Part shown: positions 6,114 to 7,897 of the stretch, piece after piece | How the letters are laid out: the number at the start of each line of letters is the position of its first letter | Numbering within the stretch: the stretch's first letter is position 1 | NCBI GenBank assembly: GCA_046497275.1 | Contig: JAWOFX010000046.1 | Coordinates: 1-7,897 of the forward strand | DNA length: 7,897 bases | From: Promethearchaeia archaeon | GTDB lineage: Archaea > Asgardarchaeota > Lokiarchaeia > Sigyniarchaeales > SOKP01 | Direction of reading: 5' to 3' | The notes under the pieces: generated by a model | Database searches by the model: none | What the model saw: only the letters and a program-made list of their open reading frames with translations | What the model was told of the DNA's origin: nothing | Program-made: the position numbers and the translations under genes

Positions 6114-6590
6114 TTAGATTCTAAAGCGTGTTTGACACTGCTTCTGAATATATTTTTGATGATAATCTTCAGCTCTATAGAATTCTTTTACAGGTTCAAT
6201 TTTAGTTGCAATCGGTTTTTTAAATCTTTTAGATTTCTCCAGTTTTTCTTTCGATTCCAGAGCCTTTTCTTTTTGCTCTTCTGAATGATAGAAGATTATA
6301 GATCGATATTGCTCCCCAATATCAAATCCTTGTCTATTAAGTTGTGTTGGATCATGTATACTCCAATAAACATCAAGTAAATCCTCGTAAGTTATTATAA
6401 ATGGATCAAATTCAACTCTTACAACCTCAGCATGACCTGTTTTGCCGCTACAAACATCCTTGTAAGTAGGGTTTTCAAAGTCTCCACCACTATATCCGAC
6501 GGTTGTTGATATAACACCCTTTAATTTTCTAAAATTTTCTTCCACACCCCAAAAACAACCGGCTCCAAAAGTAGCTTTTTCAGTTTCCAT
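6114..6590 (-). CDS. msrA: Peptide-methionine (S)-S-oxide reductase MsrA
   Basis: Catalytic GCFWG motif (Cys12 encoded by TGT), [39 protein letters not shown] and AEDYHQKY. Confidence 0.96.
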   Translation of the reverse strand: METEKATFGAGCFWGVEENFRKLKGVISTTVGYSGGDFENPTYKDVCSGKTGHAEVVRVEFDPFIITYEDLLDVYWSIHDPTQLNRQGFDIGEQYRSIIFYHSEEQKEKALESKEKLEKSKRFKKPIATKIEPVKEFYRAEDYHQKYIQKQCQTRFRI

Positions 6591-6624
6591 ATTAACTTAA
6601 AGACCTTCTATTGTATTAAATCTA

Positions 6625-6636
6625 CTTATAATGTAA
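6625..6636 (-). promoter_or_regulatory. Putative TATA-containing promoter element for msrA (TTACATTATAAG)
   Basis: The 12-mer lies 35-46 nt upstream of the msrA ATG. An identical copy lies upstream of the HEAT gene at 7713..7724. Confidence 0.45.
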
Positions 6637-6774
6637 TAAAAGGAAAGAACTAGATTTTAGAATAAAATGTAATTGTCTTTAGTATGTTTTTAATTTCTTA
6701 TTAAATACCTTTTTAAAAAGCAGATAAAAAAAATTTCTTGACCCACTTTAAACATTTTTTGTAAAATTAAGATA

Positions 6775-7650
6775 TTACCGAATATATTTTTTATATTTTT
6801 CACGCCATTTTGGATCAATTTTATCAAGTGCTTGTTTAGCCTCGTTACTAAGCCAATAATAATCACTATTCAAAAATTTTAATATTAATTCCGAATTTTG
6901 TTTATCTCCTATTTCACCCAATACTTTGATCAACCCTTTCTCTAAAAGTGCTTTTTGATAAGTATCTTCTTTTTGTTTTATATGTTCTAATTTATTAATA
7001 ATCAATTTCAGTAGCTCATTTCCAAGAGTTTTTTTTAATGCGTTAAATGAATAAAACCATATATCATAACTTTCAGTTCTTAAATTTTCAATAAGAAAAG
7101 GAACTGCTTTCACACTTTCTAATTTGCCAATAGTTTGGATAGCTCTAATTTTTACTAATTTTTTATCTGATTGAAGTAAGGTTAATAATTCTTCGGTGGC
7201 TGTTTTGATTTTAAGAATACCAATAGATTGTATTACTTCCATCTTTAATTTTGGCTCTTTAGATTTTAATAAATCCAGTAGTGTCTCTTCGATTTTATTC
7301 TTAAATTCCTCACGATGCCATAAGGCAACTAATAATCGTAATGCAGCTAATCGAACATCAAGATCCATTTCATTCTCTATAACCCAAATAAGAGGTTTAA
7401 TGGCTTTTTTTCCATTGTAATTAAATGCTAATAATTTAGCAGCTTCTATTCTAACTTCTGGATCCTCATCCGAAATAAAATAATTTTCAACTTTTTCAAA
7501 ATGAGAATTATCACGTAATTTATTTAGGAGAGTAAGAAATTTTATCCTAGTTTCTTTATCGGTGGTAGGATAAATTTTGTGAAGGCGCTCAATTAACTCT
7601 GGTCGACCGATATTATTCAATTCATTTAAAAGTGAGTCAGGATCAATCAA
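6775..7650 (-). CDS. HEAT-repeat (PBS-lyase/EZ-HEAT-like) alpha-solenoid protein
   Basis: Repeated ~30-33 aa units: SDEDPEVRIEAAKLLA, NEMDLDVRLAALRLL, SKEPKLKMEVIQSIG, SDKKLVKIRAIQTIG, TESYDIWFYSFNAL, SDYYWLSNEAKQAL. TTG start. Confidence 0.85.
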   Translation of the reverse strand: MIDPDSLLNELNNIGRPELIERLHKIYPTTDKETRIKFLTLLNKLRDNSHFEKVENYFISDEDPEVRIEAAKLLAFNYNGKKAIKPLIWVIENEMDLDVRLAALRLLVALWHREEFKNKIEETLLDLLKSKEPKLKMEVIQSIGILKIKTATEELLTLLQSDKKLVKIRAIQTIGKLESVKAVPFLIENLRTESYDIWFYSFNALKKTLGNELLKLIINKLEHIKQKEDTYQKALLEKGLIKVLGEIGDKQNSELILKFLNSDYYWLSNEAKQALDKIDPKWREKYKKYIR

Positions 7651-7712
7651 GACTTAATTTGAAAAAATATTATTTTTTGTTAATTATTGACATTTCAATA
7701 TATTCTACTATT

Positions 7713-7724
7713 CTTATAATGTAA
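7713..7724 (-). promoter_or_regulatory. Putative TATA-containing promoter element for the HEAT gene (TTACATTATAAG)
   Basis: Identical to 6625..6636, in the same orientation, 63-74 nt upstream of the TTG at 7650. Confidence 0.4.
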
Positions 7725-7798
7725 AATGTAGATATTAAAAATTCCTCTTATAAAATATATATTAAAAACTCTTGATTTTTATTCGAACGTCTATTTTT

Positions 7799-7897
7799 TC
7801 ATCTTTTTCTTATTAATTCTCCAATATTTCCTTGAATTTTTTGGATGGATTTTCCTTCAGATGCTTCTAAGGCTCCACTCGCAATTAATTTATTTAT
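7799..7897 (-). CDS. 3' end of an unidentified CDS entering from the right edge
   Basis: The minus-strand frame from base 7897 reads INKLIASGALEASEGKSIQKIQGNIGELIRKR and ends in TGA at 7799..7801. It is richer in G/C than the flanking spacer. It is absent from the ORF track because it has no start in the window. Confidence 0.6.
   Translation of the reverse strand: MNKLIASGALEASEGKSIQKIQGNIGELIRKR

Noticed and set aside
6114-6590. Selenocysteine-containing MsrA (Asgard archaea have Sec, and some MsrAs are selenoproteins)
   Set aside because: The catalytic codon is TGT, the stop is TAA, and there is no in-frame TGA.
7196-7420. 74-aa plus-strand ORF
   Set aside because: It is antisense to the HEAT gene. 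Its Ser/Phe-rich composition is typical of reverse-frame artefacts.
3540-7649. The radical SAM and HEAT genes both begin (A/T)TGATTGATCCT (MIDP); 11 identical nt at 3540..3550 and 7639..7649
   Set aside because: Similarity stops after four codons in unrelated proteins; most likely coincidence.
6044-7700. AT-rich palindromes (6044..6055 TATAAATTTATA, 6709..6720 CTTTTTAAAAAG, 7662..7678, 7685..7700)
   Set aside because: They are expected at background rate in spacers this AT-rich, and they share no common consensus.
1-7897. tRNA, rRNA, CRISPR array, IS element or structured ncRNA/SECIS
   Set aside because: All spacers are under 300 bp and AT-rich. They contain no G/C-rich stems, cloverleaf or regularly spaced direct repeats, and no transposase or integrase ORF is present.
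5260-7897. A single four-gene minus-strand operon (unknown, HEAT, msrA, 5-alpha-reductase)
   Set aside because: Gaps of 86-184 bp each contain their own TATA-like element, so co-orientation alone does not support co-transcription.

Overview
Very AT-rich, gene-dense prokaryotic window (roughly 70-75% A+T by eye, not computed). It holds nine complete CDSs and two edge-truncated CDSs. I found no rRNA, tRNA, CRISPR array or mobile element. Gene content and signals point to an Asgard archaeon, probably Lokiarchaeia/Promethearchaeota; this is an inference. The clues are two small longin/roadblock-like paralogues, a HEAT-repeat protein, an archaeal-type radical SAM protein, TATA-box promoters and oligo-T terminators. 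Order: partial longin-like protein (+), stand-alone PAS_10 protein (-), tocopherol-cyclase-like protein (+), TrmO (-), radical SAM (-), longin-like protein (+), extended SDR resembling 3-beta-hydroxysteroid dehydrogenases (+), SRD5A/DET2-type steroid 5-alpha-reductase homologue (-), MsrA (-), HEAT-repeat protein (-), partial unknown CDS (-). The most interesting signal is the tail-to-tail SDR / 5-alpha-reductase pair. With the nearby tocopherol-cyclase-like gene it suggests a steroid- or isoprenoid-modifying capacity in an apparent Asgard archaeon. All substrate assignments are hypotheses; no database searches were run.
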